Source: Scyliorhinus canicula (Eukaryota). From it: DNA of 64,000 nt. Below, piece by piece: positions 26,710 to 39,456 of the stretch; position 1 is the stretch's first letter, and the number at the start of each line of letters is the position of its first letter. The stretch spans positions 192,920,948-192,984,947 of the forward strand of contig NC_052154.1 of NCBI RefSeq assembly GCF_902713615.1, in the 5' to 3' direction. The notes under the pieces were generated by a model. That model made no database searches and was not told where the DNA came from. It was given only the letters and a program-made list of their open reading frames with translations. Made by a program: the position numbers and the translations under genes.

Positions 26710-27010
26710 CCTCCTCCTCCTCCTCGACCGCCGCTCCTACCTCCCACCCCGCGCGCTCTGTTTGCCGGCTGCCATCGCCCCCACGGCGCCGCGAGACCAG
26801 CGTCGAAGCGCCTTCCTCTGCGTCATCGCGCTCCCGGACCGTCAGCACGTCCCACAGACCCCCGCGCGACGTCAGAACGGATCACGCATCCGCGCTCTGC
26901 CGTCAGCACGTATCTCAGGTGCACGCCAAACGTCAGAACGTAATCCATACGTCAGAACGTACGCGCGACCAGACGTCCGCGCCGTGCGTCTGTGTGTTCT
27001 CTTGGCGCCA
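26700..27010. promoter_or_regulatory. CpG-rich promoter/5'UTR of ZDHHC13 with repeated CGTCA (CRE/ATF half-site) motifs
   Basis: High CpG density directly upstream of exon 1; CGTCA at 26821, 26840, 26870, 26901, 26931, 26950. Confidence 0.75.
26737..26775 (-). promoter_or_regulatory. Upstream ORF (MAAGKQSARGGR*) in frame with the ZDHHC13 ATG
   Basis: GCGATGG Kozak context, TAG at 26739-26737, ATG 66 nt upstream of the main ATG; requires a TSS upstream of 26775. Confidence 0.55.
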
Positions 27011-27096
27011 TTGGGGAGCGGAGTTAGCCCTGGTGCCGAGGTCAATTTACTCAGGGTCGTGCAGACTGCCACTTGCTGCTTCTGGGAGTTTGTTTT

Positions 27097-27321
27097 ATAG
27101 AACCATAAAGACTCCACAATGCAAAAGGAGGCCATTTGGTCCATCGAGTCTCTACTGACCCTGCGAAAGCGCACCCTACCCAGGCCCCAACCTCCAGGAG
27201 CCCAATCCACCTAACCTGCACATCTTGGACTGTGGGAGGAAACCGGAGCACCCGGAGGAAACCCACGCAGACACGGGGAGAACATGCAGACGCCGCATAG
27301 ACAGTGACCCAAGCTGGGAAT
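27097..27321 (-). mobile_element. HE1-like SINE split by the hAT (head at 30973-31015)
   Basis: Contiguous SINE once the hAT and one TSD are removed. Confidence 0.85.
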
Positions 27322-27970
27322 CAGTGGCGTGCAGAGGGGGGGGGGGGGGCGACAGTGCGTTGGCCCCGGGCATCCATTGGATGGGGGCATTCAATCAGAG
27401 AAGGAAATAAGATAGTAATTTTAAAATTTCAGCGCTGATAAATCAATTTTTGGAGGCTCACCGCACTGCAGAGGCAGTTGTTAGCCCTTTCTTCCTTGAA
27501 CATGGTGTACCCTTTCTGTCTAGAGATAATGGTGCTTCTCCCCATCCCCCCACACGCATGCGCATGATGTACGTGGTGCAACCATCAAAAGCAACAAGCA
27601 GACGTGGCTGTTTGTTCCTGCGTTTCCTCGAGTCATGACTCGTCTTTTCTTCAGCTTTTTGTGCATCCAGATTAGTTCTTTTACCTACTCAGGTCAGTGA
27701 ATAGCTTTAGAACGGGTGCAACTACGTTTTTTATACGTTTTCTGGTGATATTTAATGAAATATTTACGTGGGATGTAGTAAGAGTGAAGCCTGAATGATC
27801 AGAGGACTGCTAAGGCATTTAATCTCGGAATAGGAGACATTTATTCCTTAACATGCTAATATTCGAATACAGATACCACTAATTTGCAAGTCTATGATAT
27901 AAATTGCACAAAATTATCAGTGGAGAATCAGTGTGAAATAATTTGATACGAAGGAACAAAGAAATGAAAT

Positions 27971-30789
27971 ATGGTTTATCCGTCTGCAACTGACCGAAAG
28001 AGGGCCAGAGTCGAAGAAGAGTCCCATCAAAGAGGGGCATTAGATGCATGGATAAAAAGAAGTAAAGAAGAAGTAGGAGAACCTGGAGAAGTTAAAGATG
28101 ATGTGGGTGCAGAGAAGGATTTTTCTGATACGGATTCAGCTCGGTCAGCACATAATACTCTCTCTCTCCTCAGTCTCGTTGACCGGATGATGATCCATGT
28201 GAAGAAAATAAAGAAGATTTTAGCATATTTTTGCAAAGAAGCGATTTTGGCTGTTTGAAGAAACCGATTCCAGATCATTTGAAGATGACGATATTACAAC
28301 ATGGTCCTGAAAGATATCAGAATAAAAGTGGTCCATTTGCTGAGAAGGATGGGAGATCATTTTCCAAACAGTGGTTTGATAAAGTTTCCACAAATGGAGA
28401 AATTGTGGAGAGAAAATGGTTGTTATACTCTCCATATTGGAAAGCATGCTACTGTTTTGTTTGCTTTTTGTTTTCAAAGGAGCATTTGTCGTCTGTGTCA
28501 AACTTTGGAAAGGAAGACGGTTTCTCCACTTGGAGAAAATTAAATCCAAGAATACCTGACCATGAGAAAAGCCCTTCTCATAGAGCTCACATGAGGGAAT
28601 ACCTGAATCTCGTAGTTCGACTCCATCATTCAACTACAATAGATGCTGAACTTCAACAGCAAATGTCTGCTGAAAAGAAAAGATGGAAAGCTATAACTGA
28701 ACGGATTGTCGAGGTTATATCCTTTCTGGCAAAATAGAATCTGGCCTATCGTGGACACCGAGGAGAAGGAATATCTGGGTTATCGGAGACAGTCAGTGAA
28801 AATACAGGAAACTTTCTAGCAACAATCAGACTTTTGGCCAAATATGATGACGTCTTAGCAAAACACTTGCAGAGAGGGAAAGAGAAACCAAAAAGTGTCA
28901 CCTACTTGTCCAACAGAATTCAAAACGAAATAATCAATCTTCTTGGTGAAACTGTCAAGAAAAATATAATTTCCGAAATTAAGGACGCAAAATATTTTAG
29001 CATAATGCTGGATTCAACTCCAGATATTGCCCATGAAGATCAAGTTTCTGAAATTCTGCGTTACGTTCATATTGATGAAAACAGAAAAGTAGAAATAAAG
29101 GAGACATTTCTGGGATTTTTTCAAGTCAACAAGAAAGATGCAGTCAGCCTGGTAAATAAAATTCAGGAAAAATTGGAAGAAGACAAAATTTCCATGAATG
29201 ACTGTCGTGGTCAAGCATATGATAACGCAGCAGTTATGGCTGGAGTGAGAGGAGGTGTTCAACAAGAAAATTCTTGAAGTTAACCCAAAAGTTGTGTTTG
29301 TGAACTGCGAGAACCACAGCCTCAATTTGGCCTGTGTCCTTGCAAGTGAGGTGCAACCTGTTTGTTACATTTTTTGGCATTCTAGAAAAACTCTTTACTT
29401 TTTTTTCTTCATCTACTTCTCGTGTTAAAATCATTTGTCACTCGGACTGTGAAAAGACAGTGTGACACAAGATGGAGTTCCAGCCATGATGCTGTGCAAG
29501 TAATCCACGATGAGTGTGACACGGTAGCATGGTAGCATGGTGGTTAGCATAAATGCTTCACAGCTCCAGGGTCCCAGGTTCGATTCCCGGCTGGGTCACT
29601 GTCTGTGCGGAGTCTGCACGTCCTCCCCGTGTGGGTTTCCTCCGGGTGCTCCGGTTTCCTCCCACAGTCCAAAGATGTGCGGGTTAGGTGGATTGGCCAT
29701 GCTAAATTGCCCGTAGTGTCCTAAAAAGTAAGGTTAAGGGGGGTGTTGTTGGGGGTATAGGGTGGATACGTGAGTTTGAGTAGGGTGATCATGGCTCGGC
29801 ACAACATCGAGGGCCGAAGGGCCTGTTCTGTGCTGTACTGTTCTATGTTCTATGTTATTGCAAGCCTTCAACACCTGCTGGTAGGAGAATTTTCAAGGGA
29901 AACTAAATCTGATGCAGGATTGCTACTGAACTCTATTCAACAGTTCCCGTTTATAGCTTTATTAAATTTTTGGTACTCAGTTTTATCATCAGTGGAGAAA
30001 GTCTCAAAACGTTTGCAGGATCTGAAAATGGGGTTCCATGAAGCTTCTTGTGATCTGAGAGGACTTATTCATACCTTGAATTTGAAGAATGACGAAATTA
30101 TCCACAATGCAATAGATTTAGCCAATGAATATTGTGAAAATTGGGGAATACCAATTGCACGAACAAGGAGAAGAAGAATAATGCCTGGAGAGTCAGCAAG
30201 AGATAGTGGACTGACGGCACAATAAGAAATGAATAGAGTAATGGTAGAGATTGTGAACAGATTAAAAACTGAAATTGAAGACCGCAGTGTCCGTCTTCAA
30301 AGACTCAGTGACCGATTTTCTTTTCTTCTGAACTTGAATTCAGTAGTGATTGAAGATGAACAAGAAAGAGAGAAATTAAAAAAGGAATGTTCAGACGTTG
30401 CAAATTATTATGACAATGATGTGGTTGCAATTCAGTTATATGACGAAATTATTGATTTTGTGATGCTCCTTCAAGCTGGAGGGAATAGAGTTCCCCCTGA
30501 TCCTAAAGATGCTCTGGAGTCTTTACTGCAGTATGGGAGGGATTTCTTTCCGACGCTGTGTGTTTCATACAGATTACTGCTTACAATCGCATTTTTAGTC
30601 GCAAGCTGTGAAAGGTCAACTTCAAAACTGAAATTAATAAAAACATATCTGAGGTCTTCTATGTCATAGGAGCGACTGACCAACCTGGCTTTAATAAGCA
30701 TTGAAAAAGAATTTTTCACAGCTGATGTAAAAAGTGAAGTCGTTCAGGTGTTTTGTGACAGGAGGTATCATTTGCGGAAAATAACTTAA
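27971..30789 (+). pseudogene. Disrupted hAT transposase (TTF-type Zn finger, DUF4371-like core, hATC dimerisation domain)
   Basis: WLLYS..CYCFVC, YLSNRIQNE, MLDSTPD, GQAYDNA, SCERS.SKLKLIKTYLRS.M; stops at 28735, 30223, 30667, frameshifts and a SINE insertion. Confidence 0.88.
29519..29855 (+). mobile_element. HE1-like SINE inside the hAT transposase
   Basis: Full head/core/CR1-type tail with (TTCTATG)n. Confidence 0.9.
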
Positions 30790-31330
30790 TAAATTTGATT
30801 GATTTATATTAAAATCGAATAAAGCGTTTATTTCGTGTTTCATCTGTGTTTATATATTCAAAATGTTTTCCTTTCTCATAATATTTCTCAGTATATTAGG
30901 CCTTATACTTGAGTCTTTGGGGCATACAATCAAGATTTGCCCCGGGCATCACCAGACCTCGGCACGCCACTGCTGGGAATCGAACCCGGGACCCTGGCAC
31001 TGTGAAGCAGCAGTGCCCCTTATTCCTCTGATTTCACGTTATTACTTTTTATTCTGACAAGGGTGTGATATATGCGCACAGAGGCGTCGGTCGCCTGTTA
31101 TCCTGCTATACTGCAAAAATCATGCTGAATTGGTTGTGTGACACGAGGGTTGTAGAGTATTGACCCAGTGTTTTTTAAAATCCTGTCATGGTTTTGGAAT
31201 TTCCCAGCTCTATGGATGGTTATATTATCCTGCAGTTAATTAATAATCCTGAACTTTATCCCCTTGTGATTAATAATAATAATCTTTATTAGTGTCACAA
31301 ATAGCCTTATATTAACACTGCAATGAAGTT

Positions 31331-31668
31331 AGAACATAGAACATAGAACAGTACAGCACAGAACAGGCCCTTCGGCCCTCGATGTTGTGCCGAACAATGA
31401 TCACCCTACTTAAACCCACGTAACCCGTATACCCATAACCCAACAATCCCCCCATTAACCTTACACTACGGGCAATTTAGCATGGCCAATCCACCTAACC
31501 CGCACATCTTTGGACTGTGGGAGGAAACTGGAGCACCCGGAGGAAACCCACGCACACACGGGGAGGACGTGCAGACTCCACACAGACAGTGACCCAGCCG
31601 GGAATCGAACCTGGGACCCTGGAGCTGTGAAGCATTGATGCTAACCACCATGCTACCGTGAGGCCCCC
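31331..31668 (-). mobile_element. HE1-like SINE nested in another SINE
   Basis: Absent from the duplicated copy at 34255-34568. Confidence 0.9.
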
Positions 31669-34254
31669 GTGAGGAAGTTGCTGCGAAAAGCCCCTAGTCG
31701 CCACATAACGGCACCTGTTCGGGTACATGGAGGGAGAATTCAGAATGTCCAACTTACCGAACAGCACGTCTTTCGGGACTTGTGGGAGGAAACCGAAGCA
31801 CCCGGAAGAAACCCACAAAGACACGGGGAGAACGTGCAGACTCCGCACAGACAATGACCCAAGCTGGGAATCAAACCCAGGTCCCTGGTGCTGGGAAGCA
31901 ACAATGCTAACCACTGTGTTACCGTGCTGCCTGTATTCCTCTGATTTCATGTTATTGCTTTTTAGAACATAGAACAGTACAGCACAGAACAGGGCCTTCG
32001 GCCCTCGATGTTGTGCCTCTTTCTGAGAGAGTGTGCTTCAGGAGAGTGAACAGACAAGACATAGAATAGCTAGAGAGAGAGAAGTTACAAGTTATTTCAT
32101 TATTACATTGTGAAATTATTTAGTTATCTTTACTATATTTTATGTCTTTACCAGTTGAGTTAAATATTAAATTCCTTATTAAATAAAAAGGACGTACAAA
32201 TATTATTTATATTACTCAATAAATTAGTTCAGCTTTACAAGAAAACTATTGTTCATTTCATCACCTCAGCTGGTTCAAAAGAGTAATATACGATATTACA
32301 CAAGGTAATATAACACTTTCCAAAGCACAAAGCTCATCACACCAATTTGACACCAAGAAAGATTGTGATCACAAGACTTCCATTCCAAAACATTGCCCAA
32401 TTATACTCCTGTCTCAGCTCATATGCTACTGAAAATCTCTTCCATGCCTTTGTTCCTTTTAGACTTCAAAAATACTTAAATGACAGTGAAGTGCTTAAAG
32501 ATAACTGGTGGCCATGAAAAGTACTATACAAATGCAAGTTTTTCTTTTCTTTTTGACTAAACTAACAGAGCCTGCAACAGGGGCCAAGGGCAGCCACAAC
32601 TTTAACTCTCACACACAGTCTTAAAGCAAACAACATTAACCAACAAGCAGAAGTCACAAACAAGCAATGTAACGGAGGGATTAACAGGCAATATACATTG
32701 GAGGTTAATCTTTCTGTGTTCACCAAAAATAGGAAATCTCTGAAAGTGTTACATTTTATTTTATTCTGACAAGGGTGTGTGATATATGCGCACAGAGGCG
32801 TCAATCGCTGTTATCCTGCTATACTGCAAGAATCATGCTGAATTGGATGTGTGACACGAGTGTTGTAGAGTATTGACCCAGTGTTTTTTAAAGTGCTGTA
32901 ATCTTGCTTTTACAATGAGGGGGAGTACTTTTCTGAGGCACCCTTCACTTTATAAATAAGATGAATAGCACCATGGCAGGGTGGCGGGTCGGAGGTTTGG
33001 TATAAAGGTGGTTGGTATGTTCTTATAATCCTTATTGTGGGTGAGGAAAACCCCCATTGGAACTATTCGTGTCATGTTTTTGTTTTGTATTTTGGGATTG
33101 AGGAATCTTTGCATGCCTCCTGTGAAGGTACAGACAGATCAGAATCTGAACTGGACCAGCCATATTTATACTGTGGCTTCCAGAGCAGGTCAAAGTCTAG
33201 GAATCCTACGGTGAGTAACACTTCCTGAACCCCCAAAGCCTGTCCACCATCTATAAGATGCAGGTCAGGATGATGGAATACTCCCCACTTTCATGGCTGA
33301 GTGCAGCTCTAACAACAGCTAAATAGCTTGACGTCATCGAGGACAAAGGAACCCACTTGATTGGCACCCCTTCCATAAACATTCACTCCCTCCACCAGCA
33401 ACGAACAGGGGCAGCCGTGTGTACCATCCACAAGGTGCACTCCAGGGACTCATCAAGGCTTCTTAGGCAGCACCTTCCAAACCCACGATTGCTACCATCT
33501 AGAAGGACAAGTTCATCGGACATCTGGGAACAGCACCACCTGGAGTTTTCCCTCCAAGCCACTCACCACCTTCACCTGGAACTATAATGGCGTTCCTTCA
33601 CTATCACTGGTTCAAAATCCTGGAACTCCCTCCAAACAGCACTGTGGGTGTTCGCACACCACAGTGATTGTCAAAAGGCAGCTCACGGGAGTCGTGATGT
33701 AGGCGCCAGAGCGGCTGTGGTTTTGCGAGCTCTGGCACCACTCATCTTTAATCCTTTTTTTCAACCTGATTCACAACTCATAATTATTTGACCCTAGAGT
33801 GTAAGATCTGTGCTATGGTTCTGGAAGATTCTGGCCTAAATGTGGCGATGAGGAGCCAGCCAAGTTAAGTCAAGAAAATCCTTGTTTGACTGAGGGGTTC
33901 AGAGGTACAATCTCGATTTGAAGGCTGGGCGTTTTGCGTTAGATGCAAATTGTCCCGGGGTCTGGGGTAGGTCGGAGAGCCCGACCACTGGTCTCACCTA
34001 GTCTTGTCCTCAATGTCCATCGAGAAGGGTTGGAGGCAGCTTGACGCAGTTAGTCTTTGCCAGTCATTGGGGCCTGGGTTTCTCATACCCGGGCTAAGGG
34101 ACAACGACATGGCGGATTGCAGGGACTTGGGTGAATCTCGATGGATCCTGAATGCTGCACAACCATCCTGTCATGGTTTTGGAATTTCCCAGCTCTATGG
34201 ATGGTTATATTATCCTGCAGTTAATTAATAATCCTGAACTTTATCCCCTTGTGA

Positions 34255-34568
34255 TTAATAATAATAATCTTTATTAGTGTCACAAGTAGCCTTATATTAA
34301 CACTGCAATGAAGTTGCTGCGAAAAGCCCCCAGTTGCCACATAACGGCACCTGTTTGGGTACATGGAGGGAGAATTCAGAATGTCCAAATTACTGAAAAG
34401 CACGTCTTTCGGGACTTGTGGGAGGAAACCGAAGCACCCGGAAGAAACCCACACAGACAAGGGGAGAACGTGCAGACTCCACACAGACAGTGACCCAAGC
34501 TGGGAATCAAACCCGGGTCCCTGGTGCTGGGAAGCAACAATGCTAACCACTGTGTTACCGTGCTGCCT
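34255..34568 (-). mobile_element. SINE with HE1-type head/core and GTGAC(A)-ATAA tail
   Basis: Same architecture as 60765-61083. Confidence 0.8.
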
Positions 34569-36199
34569 GTATCCCTCTGATTTCATGTTATTGCTTTTTA
34601 TTCTGACAAGGGTGTGTGATATATGCGCACAGAGGCGTCAATCGCTGTTATCCTGAATATTTAGAATATTGGCCCTTTTTGGTATAGGGGGAATTCTAAG
34701 GATAGTGGTGAGTTTTTAACTTCATGCCCTTGTCCCCTCTTGCCCTGTATTCATGTACACAGAAGCATTTATGCTGCACTGGGCCAGTTTGAGGCTTATT
34801 TGTAAAAACGGAATAACTGTAATAATTAAAGGTATTGAAAAAAGAAGGCAGCTCCCTCATGGGGGATTAGGGATGGGTCATAAATGCGAACCAGTGACGC
34901 CCACATCCAGTAAACGATGTGAATCCACCTGAACTGATTGGGTGATGTTGCATTAAAGTCCAACTGGGTTAGAAACGTGTTTAGCAAAGTCAGGAAAGAT
35001 TCAGATCCTCCAGAAGCAGTGAGTATTGTGGAAGGTGTGTACAATCCAGGTAAGGGAGTTGCCACACTCATTCACACACACACACACTCTCTCTCTGTGC
35101 TGTCGGTTCCACATTATAAATATAAATTGTGCCCTGTGTGTACCTCAGCCTGGGCTGTGCCAAGCTCCTGTCCAACAACACCCCTGGCTCCTGGCTGGGT
35201 TTTTTGTTGCAAGGAGGTGGGTTTGGATTCTGGAACCAGGAGAGTCTGGCTCGTTGCTGTGGGCTCCCGGTGAGAAGCGCGAGGTTAGCGGAGAGAATGT
35301 GGAGCGGAGGTTTCAGAGTTTGAATAAAAACGGAGAAGGGGGGGAGACGGTTGGGAGAAAACATTCGCTGAAGGCGAAGGAAGAGAGACGGACACACACA
35401 ACCACCCCGCTGACAGAGAGAGCAGCGAGACTGAAAGCAGGAGCCAGAAAAAAAATAAAGTCTGTAAGTGTAAAAAAAAAGACAATATTGAAAGAATTGA
35501 AAGGAAATATTGATCGGGAGAGAGAATTGAGATGGGTCTGGAAATGACAATTTGTAATTCTGTCAACCACAAATACTTTGTTGAAATGGATTGGTGTCTC
35601 CACTAAAATGACAAAGGATTTTGATACAAGTTGGTTACACACCCCAGAGGAAAGTATCAAAAAGTGCTAAGTTCTAGGAACTTAACATTGCTGCTCCTCA
35701 GGGTCCTTAGGAGTGAAGCAGTAATAAATCAGATACTTTAAAAAAATGCTGTGTCCTAGCTCACACTTTCTCTCGTTTTAGAGAATTCCCTGCTATCCCT
35801 TTTCGCCTGAAAGTCTGGATCTCGCTCCCACCCACCCCGAGGTAAGGGAATTTTACAAACCAGAAAATGCTGGGGTACAACATGCAGCTTGCCCTGGGCA
35901 GCTTTCTGTGGGTAGAGGAAGAGGGTTCATTAACACTTCGAGTTGCCTCCTCTCCACAGAGCTGGGCTTAGGTTGCGATGCAGGACTTTGAGAGACCCGG
36001 CCCCTGTAAAAAATAAGAACTCATCCACCCAGAGAAGGATGGTGAAATGTCACTTGAAGCTCAAGTTTAAATTGAGGATGTCAAGGGTATATGTTGGTGT
36101 TTTTCTTTAGCACAAACGCACTGTTGTACGATATTAACAGAAAAATGCTGTTCCCCTTCAGATTCTTCATCTTTTTAGGCTGACCCCAGTTTAAAAACA

Positions 36200-36325
36200 A
36201 TGAGTTTGAAAAATAAATTGATGAATGAGGTGCACGCCGACACTCCAATGAAGGCGAGTTCAAAAGTCTCAATAATCGGTGCTGGACAAGTTGGCATGTC
36301 GTGTGCCATTTCTATCCTACAGCAG
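36200..36325 (+). CDS. LDH-like gene, first coding exon (MSLKNKLMNEVHADTPMKASSKVSIIGAGQVGMSCAISILQQ)
   Basis: ACAATG start, 42 codons as in the LDHA first coding exon, GxGxxG motif, CAG|GTACAG donor. Confidence 0.92.
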
Positions 36326-38014
36326 GTACAGTGTATCAGTTCCATTATTCTGGGCAGCAGTTAAGGTTTTTATTTAACATTTTGTATATGCCAACATGGC
36401 GACCATGAGTTCAAATTCCAAAAGGCAACTCGAGAGTTTGAATTCAATTAATTAAATAATTGTGTAATGGAAAAATACCCAGTTATTTGTAATGATGACA
36501 ATGGATGTCATTAACAAAAACTCCATCTTGTTCCCAATATCCCCAGGGAAAGGAAATCTCTGATCCTTACCTACTCTGGTCTATATGTGACCTCAACTTT
36601 CGACTCCCCTCGTCCATTTAGAGGGGCTGGTTTAGCACAGTGGGCATGTAAAGCACAGCAGGGCCAGCAGCGTGGGTTCAATACCCGTTCCTACCTCCCC
36701 GAACAGGCGCCGGAATGTGACAACTAGGGGCTTTTCACAGTAACTTCATTTGAAGCCTACTTGTGACAATAAGCGATTTTTATTTCAAGAATCTAACTAA
36801 CCCAGCTTTGAATAAAATTGATGACCCAGACTTTGTGATCCACACCAGTGTGGCTGACTCTCAAATTACCATTTGAGACTCATTTGTTCACCTCCACCTT
36901 CTCAATGCTAACTGGCAAATAGAAAATGAAAGACTTGCAGTTCTATAGCGCCCTTCTCAACCCCAGGACATCCCAAAATTCTTCACTGCCAATTCATCCC
37001 TTAGTCCAGTCACTTTCCAATTACGGGGCAATTTAACGGGGCCAATTTACCTAACCTGTGCACCTCTGGGTTGTGGGGGTGAAACCCATGCAAACATGGT
37101 GAGAATATGCAAACTCCACACGGACAGTGACCCAGAGCCGGGATGAAACCCGACCCGGCTAACCACTGTGCCACCATGCTGTCCTCAAATTCTATGGTTC
37201 TCTGAATGATCTACTTTAGTCTCTTATTGATGTGATGCAGGCACTGCTGGCAAATTCAGCATTCATTGCCTGTCCCTTACAACAACACCTTATTTATATA
37301 GCACCTTTAATGCAATAACATATCCCAAGGTGCTTCACAGAAGCATTAAAAAACAAAGTATGCCACGAGCTACATAAGTCAGAGAGATGCAGAAGGGAGA
37401 GCCTGTGGAGGGATTTGAAAACAATTTTAAAATCAAGTCTTTGCTTGACTGGGAGGTGATGTAGGTCAATCACTCAGTGCTATTTATTCTGAGAGGAATA
37501 CTTTTACCTAAACCTCCTCTGCACCATTTTAAAATCGAAAGGGAGTTGGCACAACCATGTGCAGTATCATTCTGCCAATGAGAGTTGGAAATGGCTGTTA
37601 TGTACCCAGTTACTTTACTGGTGTAAAAATCCGAGATCAGAACACCATGAACTGGTGATATCTAAATGTATGGAACTGAACGGGAATGTGCAATTCAACT
37701 TTATCTGTGGCTTCATGGGATATCCATAAGTGACCCTTGAAGACAGACACTTGGACACTCCTGCTCGACAGACAATCTTGTAGACAACTTCGTATGTAGA
37801 CAATATAACTGAGGATATGGCAGACGGAAAATCAAATGTTGGATCAACTGGAATGATAGCATGAACTCAATGGACTAAATGGCCTTCTTCTGTGCTATAA
37901 TGACTCTATGAATATATGTTTCGTATTTTGCTAGAATGTTGGATAATTCTCAAACACCAACCTAAATCCAGTATTTTCCAAATATGACGTATTTTGTATT
38001 ATTTCTCCCTCTAG

Positions 38015-38129
38015 CATATTGCTGATGAATTGGCTCTGGTTGATAGATTGGCAGAGAAACTGAAGGGAGAGGCTCTGGATTTGTTACACGGCAGCCTGTT
38101 TCTAAAATCCAAAATTTCGGCAGACACAG
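38015..38129 (+). CDS. LDH-like coding exon 2 ([38 protein letters not shown])
   Basis: AG/GT, 115 nt, LDH motifs DELALVD and KLKGE..DL.HGSLFL. Confidence 0.95.
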
Positions 38130-38254
38130 GTCAGTGATGGGTCACGGGGTTTTTTTAATGGCATATTTAATGCTGTTGAATTGTTGGAGTGAAAATATAA
38201 TTGGGCGAGATGTTCCTTTGCAAGTCCGCCCAATGGGAATTCCTATTGATCGCA

Positions 38255-38286
<32 letters not shown>

Positions 38287-38489
38287 TCCACGCTGCCAGG
38301 TAACCCAGAGAATCCAATGAATGGCTGGAAACCATTCTTTGCCCCATACTTTTTAAAGCTTACAAATTGCTCTTCTAACATACCCACCGATATATATTAA
38401 GAATCTGTTGTGGAAAAGGAAAACGATGGTCTGCAAAAAAAAAGGTTCTGGATTGGGGGAAGGCAGATTTTATTAAAATGAGGCAGGAT

Positions 38490-39110
38490 CTGGCCCGAGT
38501 GGACTAGGAACAGTTTCTTGTGGGAAAGTCCGGAGGACAGCTAATCTGGTTCCACTTTTCAAGAAGGGTGGTCGAGATAATCCAGGGAATTGCAGACCAG
38601 TGAGTCTCACATCAGTGGGAGGGAAACTATTGGAGAAAATTCTGAAGGAGAAAATTAATCTCCACTTGGAAAGGCGATGTTTGATCAAAGCATAGCTTTG
38701 ACAGAGGGAGGGTATGCCTAACAAATTTGATTGATTTTTTGACAAAATGATCAGGTGTATGGATGGGGATAGTGCAGTTGTATGGATTTCAGCAAAGCCT
38801 TTGACAAGGTCCCACATGGGAGACAGGTAAAGTAGGTAAAAGCACAAGGGATCCAGGGTAATGTGGCAAGTTGGATCCAAAACTGGCTTGGTGGTAGCAG
38901 ACAGAAGGTGGTAGTAGAAGGTTGTTTGTGTGACTGGAGGCCAGTGTCCAGTTATGTACCAGAGGGATCAGTGCGAGGATCCTTATTGTTCATGATGTAT
39001 AAATAATTTGGATGAGAATGTTTGGGGGGTTGAGAAAGTTTGTGGATGACATGAAGATTGGTAGGGTGGTTGCAGAAAGATACAGAAGGGTTGGTCAGAT
39101 GGGAAGAATG
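38490..39110 (+). mobile_element. CR1 LINE RT fragment
   Basis: Decayed RPVSLTS and DFSKAFDKVPH motifs. Confidence 0.8.
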
Positions 39111-39456
39111 ACTGGCTCAAACTGAACCAGGCTGGTTTCAACCTGTTAGACCCTGTGCTGAATATCGAACACTACTTCCAGCTCCACAAAATAGGCCTGT
39201 CTGTGCCTCAGTCCATCTGCTGTTGAGGTCTACATCCCTGCTTTGGTGACCTCCACACCCAACTATCTCAATACTTCCCTGGCCAACCTCCCATCTTCCA
39301 GTCTCCATAAACCTAAGCTCATCCAGGCCTCCTGTAGCTGTCCATACCTGAAAGTGCACTCCCACATTCACATTTTATCTCTGCCCTCACTGACCAGAAA
39401 ATGGCTGGTATAATGGCAAAGAGCCCCATGTTGTAGTGTCCTGTGTAGTGTTTACG

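Larger units (their letters stand above)
27322..30972 (+). mobile_element. hAT DNA transposon (Tip100/ZMYM1-like), complete ends
   Basis: TIR CAGTGGCGTGC(A/C)GAGG, perfect 8-bp TSD CTGGGAAT at 27314-27321 and 30973-30980; inserted in a SINE and itself carrying a SINE. Confidence 0.95.
31021..34654 (+). repeat. Local duplication: block A (31021-31178, 32757-32892, 34570-34654) and block B (31180-31962, 34165-34598)
   Basis: Near-identical non-SINE sequence plus a shared SINE; first B copy has an extra SINE at 31331-31668. Confidence 0.85.

Noticed and set aside
25630-26943. 437-aa Pro/Ser-rich ORF and overlapping ORFs
   Set aside because: Translation of the stop-free 30-bp minisatellite and a SINE
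26821-26960. CRISPR-like repeat-spacer reading of the CGTCAG array
   Set aside because: Repeats only ~10 bp, vertebrate promoter context, no cas genes
34938-36199. N-terminal coding extension of the LDH-like protein from the 35049 donor
   Set aside because: Splicing to 36162 meets an in-frame TAG at 36176; splicing to 36179 is out of frame
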